This document shows, piece after piece, positions 26,603-34,710 of a stretch of DNA of 36,231 nucleotides. Position numbers and translations under genes: made by a program. Numbering within the stretch: position 1 is the first letter of the stretch; each line of letters begins with the position of its first letter. Origin of the DNA: a virus (Duplodnaviria; Caudoviricetes); IMG/VR virus record IMGVR_UViG_3300025015_000079, positions 1-36,231 of that record, one strand, 5' to 3'. The notes under the pieces were generated by a model. It saw nothing but the letters and a program-made list of their open reading frames with translations, had not been told where the DNA came from and did not search any database.

Positions 26603-27400
26603 CTAGATGCCGAATCGCTTCTGCAAGATGTTTCTCATGAACCCGTACGTGTTGGGAGCCTCGAATCCTTCGGGACTCGCCATGTACTGCCGCTCCAGGT
26701 CCGGCACCCTATTGGCGAGCGCCTCGCCAAAGAACTGCCCACGCTTGGCTCGCAAGCGCGCGGCCACCAACTGATCCCACGCGTCTTTCCCTATCGACTC
26801 CCTCGCCTGGGCCGCGGCCCCTTGGTCGCTGCTCCCCAGAAGATTCTCGTAGCCCGTGTTGAGATCCTGACGCGCCCCCATGAGTCCCCGTGCGCTCAGG
26901 TAGTCCTCGAAGGTCCGTTCGGGGTTGGCGGCGCTGCCGAGCTTGAACGCGGCGAGCGTAGGTGCGTACTGGCGTTCTTGCCACGCCTGGAAGGGCGACT
27001 CGCCGAACGCGGGGATGTTGAACTTATTGGCAAACTGGCCGCTGAACTGTTCGAGCTCGTCAAGCTGCCGTTGTCTTGGCACCGTGCCGCCACCGCCCTC
27101 TCCGTAAGACGTGTACTGCCCGAAGGGGTTGTGGGAGCCGGTATAGCCACTGGACGGTTGCCCAGACGGCTGCGTCTGGTCGCTCGCCAGTCCCGCGCTC
27201 GACCACTGGTCCGCGAACGAGCCGCCTGAGCCGGCCTGGATGACCGGGATTCCAGGTGCTTGGGCGTCGAGGCCCGGACCGGACGGCGGCGGCACGGTCT
27301 CGCCGGTCTGCTGGAACGTGATCGTGGCCGCTTGCTGCGCGGTCGGGGCGTAGACCTGCTGCTGGCCCCGCGACGTGTTGACGACCCACCACATAGCCAT
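26603..27400 (-). CDS. putative ejection protein
   Basis: Gln/Gly/Ser-rich; AGGAG RBS; follows portal. Confidence 0.55.
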   Translation of the reverse strand: MAMWWVVNTSRGQQQVYAPTAQQAATITFQQTGETVPPPSGPGLDAQAPGIPVIQAGSGGSFADQWSSAGLASDQTQPSGQPSSGYTGSHNPFGQYTSYGEGGGGTVPRQRQLDELEQFSGQFANKFNIPAFGESPFQAWQERQYAPTLAAFKLGSAANPERTFEDYLSARGLMGARQDLNTGYENLLGSSDQGAAAQARESIGKDAWDQLVAARLRAKRGQFFGEALANRVPDLERQYMASPEGFEAPNTYGFMRNILQKRFGI

Positions 27401-27409
27401 CGTGATCTC

Positions 27410-29305
27410 CTATGCGCTCTGTCCACGAGCGCCCGGACGCGGGGTATTCGGGGCCACCATAGCGGGGCCGTTGTTGGAAGTCTCTGGCTGCGGCGGTCCG
27501 CCCTTCATAGCCTCTGGCGATACCTGCGGCAACGCCCCCTTGGGCCTCGCGGGCTGCCCGCCGCCTTCGCCTGCTGGAGCACCGCCCTCGCCATCGGGCG
27601 GCAGCATGCCCCACTTCTGCATCATGAGGTGTATGTACTCTAAGCGGTACATGTTAGCGGTCACCATGTCACCGCGTTCAGCCGCGGCCGAGCCGAGCGT
27701 GTACAACTGCGCCTCTGGAAGCCCGGACTGCGCCTTCTGGGTTCGCATCTTGTCGATGGCCTGATTCGAGTCCTGGAGTTGAAGCACCTGATCGAGGATA
27801 TCGACGTCTGCAAGCAACTCGGTTTGCTTCGCCGTCAGGGCCATCTGCCACTTGCCCTGATCGTCCTGAGGCAGGTGGCTCGTGAGCTCGACTTCGTAGT
27901 CGCAACTCGCCTGAAGCATCTCGGGGTGAATGAGCTGGCTGAAATACTGGCGGTGGGAGTCGCGACCGGAAAGCTTTACCCCCTCGAACGCGCCGGTCAT
28001 GAACTGGTCGTAGAGCAAGTTCACGATCTGGGTGTGGATCGCGGTCATTGCCTGCAAGCGCGAGCTGAGGACGGTTTCGGTGGCCTGCCGAAGCTGGGTG
28101 ATGGCGAAACCTGAGAGTTGGAAGGGCGTCTCGCCGTAGATCGAGTGAGGAAGCGTGGCGCGCTGCCACTCGCCGTCCACGGCCACCATGTAGGCCCCAG
28201 ACTCCTGCGCCATCTTCTGCAGGTCCAGCGTGTAGATTTTCTCGCCCGTGCGGGTGGCGATCTCGGTGCCCTGCTTGAAGGGGTCGTCGGGCAGGGTCTT
28301 GTTGCCCTGCTGGGACTCTGTGACCACGGTCTGCCGACGAGCGCGGGCGACGATCTCCAGCATGATCGACATGATGTCGTTGCGCTTTTCGGCAATGTCT
28401 CTGACCGCGGCGAAGACTGATTCCCCAACGTCCGCAATCAGGTTGGAGAACGCCTCTGATTGCAGCAAGGGCGCCGGGCCAACAAGGGCCAGGTAGACAG
28501 GGGGGCGCGGCGAGCCGTGGAGGGTGGGGGGCTTGAGCGTCTCGTTGTCCGTGACGACTTGATTGACGAATCCGTCGTAGAAGTCGTAGGTCCAGACCCC
28601 CGAACGCTCGGCGTCGGTCGTTGAGTCTTTGCCGGCGAATACCATCGCGGCAGCCGCGGGACCGTACTCGGAACGAATCTGGGCGCGGGTCTTCTTGATC
28701 TTGTAGCACGCCCACGCGAGACCATCCGGGCCAACCCCCCAGTGGATGTTGAGGGGATCCCACGCCGTGATGTCCGCGTAGGTCGAGCCGTCCGGTCTCT
28801 TGACCAGCAGACACCGGCCTCCAACGTACCCGCCCCGGATAGTGATGTGGGTGGCCTGCGCGTCCTGAATCGTCGGCTGCATGAGGCTTTTGAGCCGTTC
28901 GTCGGCCTGCCGCAGAAGCCCGATCGCGAACCGCTCCTTGTGGTCGTCGACATCGGGAGCGTGCGACCCGGCCTCGATGTGGGGAACGCGGGTCATAAGC
29001 TCGGCAGTCGACAGCCACGAAATGATCTTGTCCGCGAACACTTTTGGCATGTTCGAGGTGTAGCGGGCGTAGTTCTCAAGGGGCTCGTTGGTCACCGGGT
29101 CGCGGTTGACGTGAGCGGTGAGCCGGTAGAGGCGGTAGTCGCGGTCCATGCGGTCGCGCATGGGCTGGACGTCCTTCTCGTGGGTGTTGGTGAGCTCGAT
29201 GACCTCGGCGCGCGAGTACATCTGGATCGGCGGGGGCGGCGCTTCCCCCAGAGGCATGACCGCGGTCTGCCCCATGTCCATCGGCGGCGCGCCGTTTTGC
29301 ATCAT
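27410..29305 (-). CDS. portal protein
   Basis: 631 aa directly after TerL; WDPLNI, SGFAITQL, YEVEL..LPQD, Pro/Gly-rich tail as in P22-like portals. Confidence 0.8.
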   Translation of the reverse strand: MMQNGAPPMDMGQTAVMPLGEAPPPPIQMYSRAEVIELTNTHEKDVQPMRDRMDRDYRLYRLTAHVNRDPVTNEPLENYARYTSNMPKVFADKIISWLSTAELMTRVPHIEAGSHAPDVDDHKERFAIGLLRQADERLKSLMQPTIQDAQATHITIRGGYVGGRCLLVKRPDGSTYADITAWDPLNIHWGVGPDGLAWACYKIKKTRAQIRSEYGPAAAAMVFAGKDSTTDAERSGVWTYDFYDGFVNQVVTDNETLKPPTLHGSPRPPVYLALVGPAPLLQSEAFSNLIADVGESVFAAVRDIAEKRNDIMSIMLEIVARARRQTVVTESQQGNKTLPDDPFKQGTEIATRTGEKIYTLDLQKMAQESGAYMVAVDGEWQRATLPHSIYGETPFQLSGFAITQLRQATETVLSSRLQAMTAIHTQIVNLLYDQFMTGAFEGVKLSGRDSHRQYFSQLIHPEMLQASCDYEVELTSHLPQDDQGKWQMALTAKQTELLADVDILDQVLQLQDSNQAIDKMRTQKAQSGLPEAQLYTLGSAAAERGDMVTANMYRLEYIHLMMQKWGMLPPDGEGGAPAGEGGGQPARPKGALPQVSPEAMKGGPPQPETSNNGPAMVAPNTPRPGARGQSA

Positions 29306-29311
29306 CGCGGG

Positions 29312-30811
29312 TTACCCAAGCTCGAACTGTCGCCGGAGGCCATTGGAACGCTTGGCAGAGCCCCCGCCGTGACGTTTCATCGTGAAGTGCTCACTTTCGC
29401 CGTAATGGACGAGGCCGAAGTGCTGCACGATTCCGTAGATGGTCGCCTTGATGCCGTCGTTGTACTTGTCGTCGGGGTCTCCGGGAATCACGTTCCCCTC
29501 CCGGTCCGTCTTGTGGGAATAAATCTCCCACCGCGGGGTTTCGTAGAACGGGCTGGGATAGGCTCCAAGTTCAGAAAGCACGCCCTTGCAGCGCGGATCG
29601 AACACGATTCCCGGCTCGCCGGTAAGGGGGTTGACCTTGAGGAACGTTTTCAGGCGTTCGGTGCCCTCGTCGATGCCGACTTTGACGCCCATCGTGGCGA
29701 GTTGGGTCTTGGCGAGCCAGATTTCGGCTACTGAGTGCGTTCCCTGGTGCTGCTCGGCGTAGTTCGGGTCGATCACGAGGGTCTTGTGGGGGTTTTTCCA
29801 CCACGGGCGGCTCATGCAGATGGCAATGATGTCGTCGGTGGTCTTCCCGCGCTCGAAAACCTCATCTTTCATCTGAATTTGCCCGTTCGGGGCCATCTGG
29901 GCGATCTCGACCGCGTAGGGGTGGTTGTAGCCGGGGTCGGTCCAGATGTAGAGGGGCAATTCGGGGTCGTAGATGAGGTCGCGAATGTGGATGTGGGCGC
30001 GGAACTCGTCGGCAAACACCGCGCCCTTCGGGGCTGCCACCTCGCCCATGATGCGTTCGAGGAAGAACGCGTCGGACGACTCGCGCTTGAGGAGCTGAAT
30101 CTTCGGGTCGTTGACGCCGCCGGGGTACACGTGCTTGTTGGTCGGCGAGGGTAAGACGAAGCTCTGCTGTTCTTCGGTGCCGTGCTTCCAGCTCGCGGCC
30201 ATGCCGGGATACCAGCCAGCGGAGCCGTACTCGTAGGTTCCCGACATGTGCAGCCAGCCGCCGGAGGCGGTGACGCGTTCGAGGCACTTGAAGTAAGTGT
30301 CCAGGTCGATCTGTGACGCCTCGCACACGATGATCCCGTGGGGCGAGAACATCGCGAGGGTGCGGGGGTCTTTACCCGACTTGGTCTCGACGATCATGAA
30401 GGGCTTTTTGTCGTCTTTGGCGTCCTTGGCGTTCAGGTGAATGACGATGCGGCCGGGGTCGACGCGCTTGGAGTCGTCGACCGCGTAGCCCAGCCTACGG
30501 AAGTTCTCGATGATGTAGTTCCACTCGGCCCGCACCCTCTCGTAATCGGCGGCCACCAGCCAGTACAGGAGGGTCGCGCCGGGGTTGCGGTGCCTGTCCT
30601 CGTAGACGTGGATGACATGGGAGGCAGCGGCGGAACGCGACTTGCCCGCTTGGCCCCCTCCGACGACCAGCACGAACCGCTTGCGGCAGCGCAGGATGGC
30701 GGCCTGATCTGGGCCGGTAGGCTCGAAGCCGATCATCTTGAGGAGGAGCGCGGACGCGGGGCCCAGCCTCCACGGGTCTGCGATCGGCGCAGGGGCTACG
30801 GCGGTGGTCAC
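29312..30811 (-). CDS. terL: terminase large subunit
   Basis: Walker A GGGQAGKS, variant Walker B IIVCEAS, SGT coupling motif, nuclease WTDPGY, IDP, DKYND; GTGA overlap at start. Confidence 0.88.
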   Translation of the reverse strand: MTTAVAPAPIADPWRLGPASALLLKMIGFEPTGPDQAAILRCRKRFVLVVGGGQAGKSRSAAASHVIHVYEDRHRNPGATLLYWLVAADYERVRAEWNYIIENFRRLGYAVDDSKRVDPGRIVIHLNAKDAKDDKKPFMIVETKSGKDPRTLAMFSPHGIIVCEASQIDLDTYFKCLERVTASGGWLHMSGTYEYGSAGWYPGMAASWKHGTEEQQSFVLPSPTNKHVYPGGVNDPKIQLLKRESSDAFFLERIMGEVAAPKGAVFADEFRAHIHIRDLIYDPELPLYIWTDPGYNHPYAVEIAQMAPNGQIQMKDEVFERGKTTDDIIAICMSRPWWKNPHKTLVIDPNYAEQHQGTHSVAEIWLAKTQLATMGVKVGIDEGTERLKTFLKVNPLTGEPGIVFDPRCKGVLSELGAYPSPFYETPRWEIYSHKTDREGNVIPGDPDDKYNDGIKATIYGIVQHFGLVHYGESEHFTMKRHGGGSAKRSNGLRRQFELG

Positions 30812-31023
30812 GAGACGCGCGACTCCGCTTCCGCCCACGGACCGATGAACTTCCCCTGTGTTCGATGGCAGCGGGAGCACTCAATGCCGCCGTCATAGAG
30901 GGCAAGGGCGCAGGCAGGCAGTACCGCCATGTGGCGGAACTCACACCATCCGCACTCCACCCAGCCCGCGAAGTAGCCGTGGACGTCCTCGACGGCTCCG
31001 GTGCAGGTTGCGTCTGGGTCCAC
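30808..31023 (-). CDS. small Zn-ribbon protein
   Basis: GGGAG RBS; CGWC...CSRC. Confidence 0.6.
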   Translation of the reverse strand: MDPDATCTGAVEDVHGYFAGWVECGWCEFRHMAVLPACALALYDGGIECSRCHRTQGKFIGPWAEAESRVS

Positions 31024-31037
31024 GAAAAAGGCTCCCT

Positions 31038-31124
31038 GAAACACAAAAGCCCCAATCCGGCGCACAGGGCGCACGCGAATTGGGGCCACGACGGGCACTC
31101 GCGAAATTGGCTACTACGCTACCA
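31038..31124 (-). promoter_or_regulatory. extended -10 plus structured leader copy 2
   Basis: TGgTAGCGT (-10 at 31116-31121); GAGTGCCC..GTGGCCCC; stem 31049-31086 with CGU bulge; TTTTGTGTTT. Confidence 0.65.
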
Positions 31125-31142
31125 CGAACGCACTCCTACTCG

Positions 31143-31418
31143 TTACGGGAGAGACTGGAATCCGCTGATGTTCACTTTCCCCGTGGCGGAGGCGGTCGTT
31201 TTGATACCGAATTGCTGGACGGCCTCGTCGTTCCCGTATACGCCGTGCTCGGTTACCCAGGCCATAGCCCCGCCAGAGAACTCGACAAAGTGAGCGCCCG
31301 GCTCGTAGACGTAGTTGGGGTTCGGGGTCGGCGCAGGACCGATCAGCGTCCATTGCAGCCCCTTTGCGTCGTACCAGCAGTCGTCCTCGGAGTTGAAGTA
31401 GGGGCGCTCGTCAGTCAT
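31143..31418 (-). CDS. hypothetical protein
   Basis: ATG overlaps the upstream small ORF. Confidence 0.55.
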   Translation of the reverse strand: MTDERPYFNSEDDCWYDAKGLQWTLIGPAPTPNPNYVYEPGAHFVEFSGGAMAWVTEHGVYGNDEAVQQFGIKTTASATGKVNISGFQSLP

Positions 31419-31557
31419 CTGGTTGCCACAAGTTGTGAACGTCGCAATACCACCAGTAGCCGGTCGCTTTCGTCGCCAGAATGCTATCTGGAAGCGGGCC
31501 GCGCATTCCACAGCGTCGTCGTCCGAACAGCCAGTGCCAGAGACGGCGGAGGGTCAT
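31411..31557 (-). CDS. 48-aa hypothetical protein (not in ORF track)
   Basis: ATGA overlap; MTLRRLWHWLFGRRRC... Confidence 0.45.
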   Translation of the reverse strand: MTLRRLWHWLFGRRRCGMRGPLPDSILATKATGYWWYCDVHNLWQPDD

Positions 31558-32015
31558 CGCGGTAGCGACTCCAAGATGCGCCGCCACCACGGGGTCTGTC
31601 GGCGGTACGCCTCGTCGTCGCTTCGCCTTGCAGCCAGCCGCTTCGCCCTAGCCATCTCGACCGTCTCGACTTCGATCTCGTCGCCCTGAATCGTCACCGT
31701 CTCGGACCCGTTGATGACCTCGATACGGCACTTGTTGTATCCCGCAAGGGGAAGCACGAAATACCCGTTCGGGTCGGTAACCGCCGTGGCGCGGACTGGC
31801 CACGTCGTCACTGCTTCTGGGAGGGTCAGGGTGGCAGTAGTCGTTCCGTTACTGAAAACCACCTGCGATCGACGTCGTAACTGGAGGCGCCCGACGTAAT
31901 ACCAATTCTCAGGCGGCGTCTCCGGCATACAGTCGACCTGCAACGCGGTGATCTCGCCCCACTCGTACCCTTCAGGCGGCGGCGGCAACCCCTCAATGGC
32001 CTGCTTCGCCGTCAC
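31554..32015 (-). CDS. hypothetical protein
   Basis: GTGA overlap; TDPNGYF motif. Confidence 0.55.
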   Translation of the reverse strand: MTAKQAIEGLPPPPEGYEWGEITALQVDCMPETPPENWYYVGRLQLRRRSQVVFSNGTTTATLTLPEAVTTWPVRATAVTDPNGYFVLPLAGYNKCRIEVINGSETVTIQGDEIEVETVEMARAKRLAARRSDDEAYRRQTPWWRRILESLPR

Positions 32016-32350
32016 GCCTGATGCGTCCCCTGAACGCCACGCTTCTCCCGCTCCACGCGCCGAGCGTAGAGCCAGTGAAGCGCCTCTTCGAGCTTCGTGA
32101 TCGCCAACGCGTTCTCCCGGCACGCAAACTTGCCAGAAGCGGCCTTCTGGTAGAACTCCAACCGCTGCCGCGCCGCCTCGATCACGTCGTCCACGAACGC
32201 CCCGTTCGGCGCCCCAGGACCCTCCGGCGCCCGCCCCAGCGGCCCCTCCTGCCAGCGCACCGACAACCCGATCCCCGACACCAGACCCCCAGTCGGATTG
32301 CCCCCAGCGTCCACCTGGTTCTCGACCAGCAGCTTGTTACGCTCCCACAT
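32012..32350 (-). CDS. tad1: Tad1-like anti-Thoeris/anti-CBASS nucleotide sponge
   Basis: WQEGP...NG....VIEAARQRLEFYQ...FACRENALAITKLEEALHWL..R...REKRGVQGT matches the Tad1 pattern FQxG..G..DRL..FQ..F..REN..A.T..EEAL.W...R...R..R.V.GT. Confidence 0.8.
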   Translation of the reverse strand: MWERNKLLVENQVDAGGNPTGGLVSGIGLSVRWQEGPLGRAPEGPGAPNGAFVDDVIEAARQRLEFYQKAASGKFACRENALAITKLEEALHWLYARRVEREKRGVQGTHQA

Positions 32351-32351
32351 C

Positions 32352-32594
32352 TCACTTCCCCTTTCGGCTCTTCGCCGTCACTTCTCCCTCGTTGCGCGGA
32401 CGCAGTTCTGACTCGATGCGAGCCTTGAACTCACCGTCCGGCGTACAGGCCCTCGGCAAACACACACCGCACAAGTCGAGGGAACCCTCCTTCGTATGCG
32501 AATCCCGATCATCCGAAAGCGTCCTGATCTCCAGACTGCCATGGAGGCCAGGTCCAATATCGCGGCCACACAGATCGCACAACATGACGTCCAC
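32352..32594 (-). CDS. small Zn-finger protein
   Basis: CDLCG...DLCGVC. Confidence 0.6.
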   Translation of the reverse strand: MDVMLCDLCGRDIGPGLHGSLEIRTLSDDRDSHTKEGSLDLCGVCLPRACTPDGEFKARIESELRPRNEGEVTAKSRKGK

Positions 32595-32599
32595 GATAG

Positions 32600-33019
32600 C
32601 TACTTCCCCCTCGACTTCGCCTTCCGACACTTCGGGGAACACGTCACAGGCCACGGCCCACGCTTAGGCTTCTCAATCTTCCCGCCACAGACAGAACATT
32701 TCCCCTGAGTACCCCCGGCAGGATTCGAACCTGCATCGTCGGAAGCTAAACGCTTGCCGGGTCCTGCCCGTTGAACGACGTGGGCACGCTTCGATCCCCG
32801 CGCCTGAGAGGAAGCCGGGCTGCTTACGGTCGGTGTAGCTAGCTTGGGCGCAGGGAAGTCCTGTTCGGTATCCCTTGAGCCCACTTCCCGACCCTTCCAC
32901 CCTCGACGCTTGCTCCCAGGCGCAGATACCGAAGCCGCCCCACGACTACCCTTGCAGCCCTCATGCCTCGTGTGAAACCCGCCACACGGCGGATAGCGCC
33001 AACAGGGAGGCTTCTTCAC
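32600..33019 (-). CDS. Cys-cluster protein containing a tRNA-like segment
   Basis: GTGA overlap; N-terminal C..C...H...C and C-terminal CSVCG...TCSPKCR. Confidence 0.55.
   Translation of the reverse strand: MKKPPCWRYPPCGGFHTRHEGCKGSRGAASVSAPGSKRRGWKGREVGSRDTEQDFPAPKLATPTVSSPASSQARGSKRAHVVQRAGPGKRLASDDAGSNPAGGTQGKCSVCGGKIEKPKRGPWPVTCSPKCRKAKSRGK
32710..32785 (-). tRNA. tRNA-like element with atypical anticodon arm (pseudo-tRNA)
   Basis: acceptor GCCCACG/CGGGGGT; D arm GTTC-AACGGGCA-GGAC; perfect T arm GCAGG-TTCGAAT-CCTGC; 20-nt anticodon arm; no CCA. Confidence 0.6.
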
Positions 33020-33225
33020 CCTGCCGCGACCCTCGGAGCCACATGCACCCCACTAACGCACTCAGGACACCGCTCCCCTGCCGCCGACCACGTCCAGCCC
33101 TCAGCCTTCACCTCAGCCAGCGCACCCTCAAGCAACCCCTCGTTAACCTGATAGGCCGTACACCGGCAGTCTCGCTCACTCTTGTCCGAGGAACAGTCAC
33201 AGTGGATGACCAACTCTACCGACAT
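33016..33225 (-). CDS. small Cys-rich protein
   Basis: CDC...C.C...EGW......CPEC. Confidence 0.6.
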   Translation of the reverse strand: MSVELVIHCDCSSDKSERDCRCTAYQVNEGLLEGALAEVKAEGWTWSAAGERCPECVSGVHVAPRVAAG

Positions 33226-33319
33226 ACCAATTACTGTGACAGAAACCCGTGACAGACACAATACCCGTGACAGTCACAGGTAACCGCGAAAGCCGTGACG
33301 CTGGCAGGAAACCCGTGAC
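33196..33319. repeat. cluster of C(C/T)GTGAC heptamers
   Basis: CCGTGAC at 33247, 33265, 33293, 33313; CTGTGAC at 33234; inverted GTCACAG at 33196 and 33273. Confidence 0.75.
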
Positions 33320-33404
33320 GGAGGCTTCCAGGCCCGCCAAAGTGGCGCAGGATCCCTATACCCGCCCCGGCGCGCACGCAAGCCTGACGGGGTGCCGCGC
33401 ACCC

Positions 33405-33962
33405 TCACCCGTCGCCCGGCCCACCAGCCTCGCCCTCGCGTGCGCGTGGTTCCTCTGACGCGGGCGCGAGCGCTGGTAGCTGGAGAGCGTCGCGTACCTC
33501 GCCCTCCACGGTCACCGTCGCCGTCTCAGGTAGCTGGCGTGCGGCCATCTGCAGCCCCATAGCCATCGCAAGGTGCTCCGTGAGTATCCGCGTGCGCTCT
33601 GCCTGGTCGTCGGTACGCGGCTCCAGGATGCCGAGGTGACGGCCCCAGAGCTCTAGGGCACGCAGCGCGTTGGCCTGATCGCCGACGCGTGAGCCTTCTG
33701 CGGCTTGCTGGTAGCGTGCTGTGAGCTCGGTTCTCCAGCGGTCCGCGGTCATTTCGGTAATCGCGAGCGCGCGGGCGCGACCGTCTTGGATGGCTTTGGC
33801 TACGATTGGGACCTTTGCGATCTTCGATGCGTAGCTGGTGAGGTTACGCGACGTGGCTTTGTAGCCTGCTTGGCGTGCTGCGTCGACGTAGGGGAGGCCA
33901 GCGATAACGGCGAGGACGAACTGTTGCTGGCGAGGGTTGAGGGTTTTAGCGTGGGCGGCCAT
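33405..33962 (-). CDS. terS: terminase small subunit
   Basis: LNPRQQQF......DAARQAGY....ASK...P.V..AI ... ALRALELWGRHLGI. Confidence 0.85.
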   Translation of the reverse strand: MAAHAKTLNPRQQQFVLAVIAGLPYVDAARQAGYKATSRNLTSYASKIAKVPIVAKAIQDGRARALAITEMTADRWRTELTARYQQAAEGSRVGDQANALRALELWGRHLGILEPRTDDQAERTRILTEHLAMAMGLQMAARQLPETATVTVEGEVRDALQLPALAPASEEPRAREGEAGGPGDG

Positions 33963-34298
33963 GATGGCGAGAAGTTTACGACAGCGGGAAAGCCTTCGCC
34001 CGCTTCGCGGCGCGACTTCCCCTTTCCTCCGTAGGTTCCAATGGTCCACGGGGGTTTCGTGTCGCAATTCGTCTGTGCTGGCCGTGGTTAATTCGGGCCA
34101 GGTGACGCCAGCGATGCGGTTTGCCGAGCTGGACGGCTGATCGAGGGAGACCTATGTGCGCGGCGAGTCCTCGACCGTTTGGATTGCTTGGAGCGGTAGC
34201 GTCATCGCGGGCGGATCACAGCGCATGCGCTCCCCGACGCTCGGACTACCGCGCCGACAGTCTACTCGTTCCCACCCCTGAAGCACACCCACAAGCTA

Positions 34299-34327
34299 TT
34301 GCATAGGTGTTGTGTCGCTGTTAGTCT
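34299..34327 (+). promoter_or_regulatory. sigma70-type early promoter
   Basis: TTGCAT-17 nt-TAGTCT with extended TG. Confidence 0.55.
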
Positions 34328-34360
34328 TCTCTCATGGATTCATTCACGGGAGGTTCTGAG

Positions 34361-34642
34361 ATGAAGCATGCAGAGATCGCCGCCAACGCTCGCAAGCCCT
34401 ACGCTGACGCACTTCGGGTTGCCACCGACGCTCTGTATTCCATCCTCAACGTCGAGGGTCCTGCGATGGCAGGCGGCAGGCTCGGCGCATGGAACGGTGT
34501 TGACGTCGCGTGGCATTTCGACAAAGTGCGAGGGGCCATCAACCGCATTGAAGGCAACCCCAGCAAATCGCGACCGTGCGCGGACTGCGACTCAGGCGCA
34601 CCGAATATCCCACCGCACGAATGCACGAAATACGACGCCTAG
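34361..34642 (+). CDS. hypothetical protein
   Basis: GGGAGG RBS (alternative leaderless start at 34334); C-terminal CxxC..H.C. Confidence 0.6.
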   Translation: MKHAEIAANARKPYADALRVATDALYSILNVEGPAMAGGRLGAWNGVDVAWHFDKVRGAINRIEGNPSKSRPCADCDSGAPNIPPHECTKYDA

Positions 34643-34710
34643 CACGCGAAACCGCTAGCCGCGGTCCGCAGGTATCCCCTGCGCTGACGAGTCGCACACG
34701 GGAGAACAGA

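Noticed and set aside
5601-29314. Genome-wide TAG reassignment (alternative genetic code)
   Set aside because: Long ORFs are intact under the standard code, genes after TAG have their own starts, and no suppressor tRNA is evident
31720-31800. Homology of 31554-32015 to the fibre N-terminus via TDxNGY
   Set aside because: Short, widespread beta-hairpin motif; insufficient evidence
33196-33319. CRISPR mini-array (also considered for 3712-4535)
   Set aside because: Repeats are too short or irregularly spaced, with no spacer-length periodicity and no cas genes
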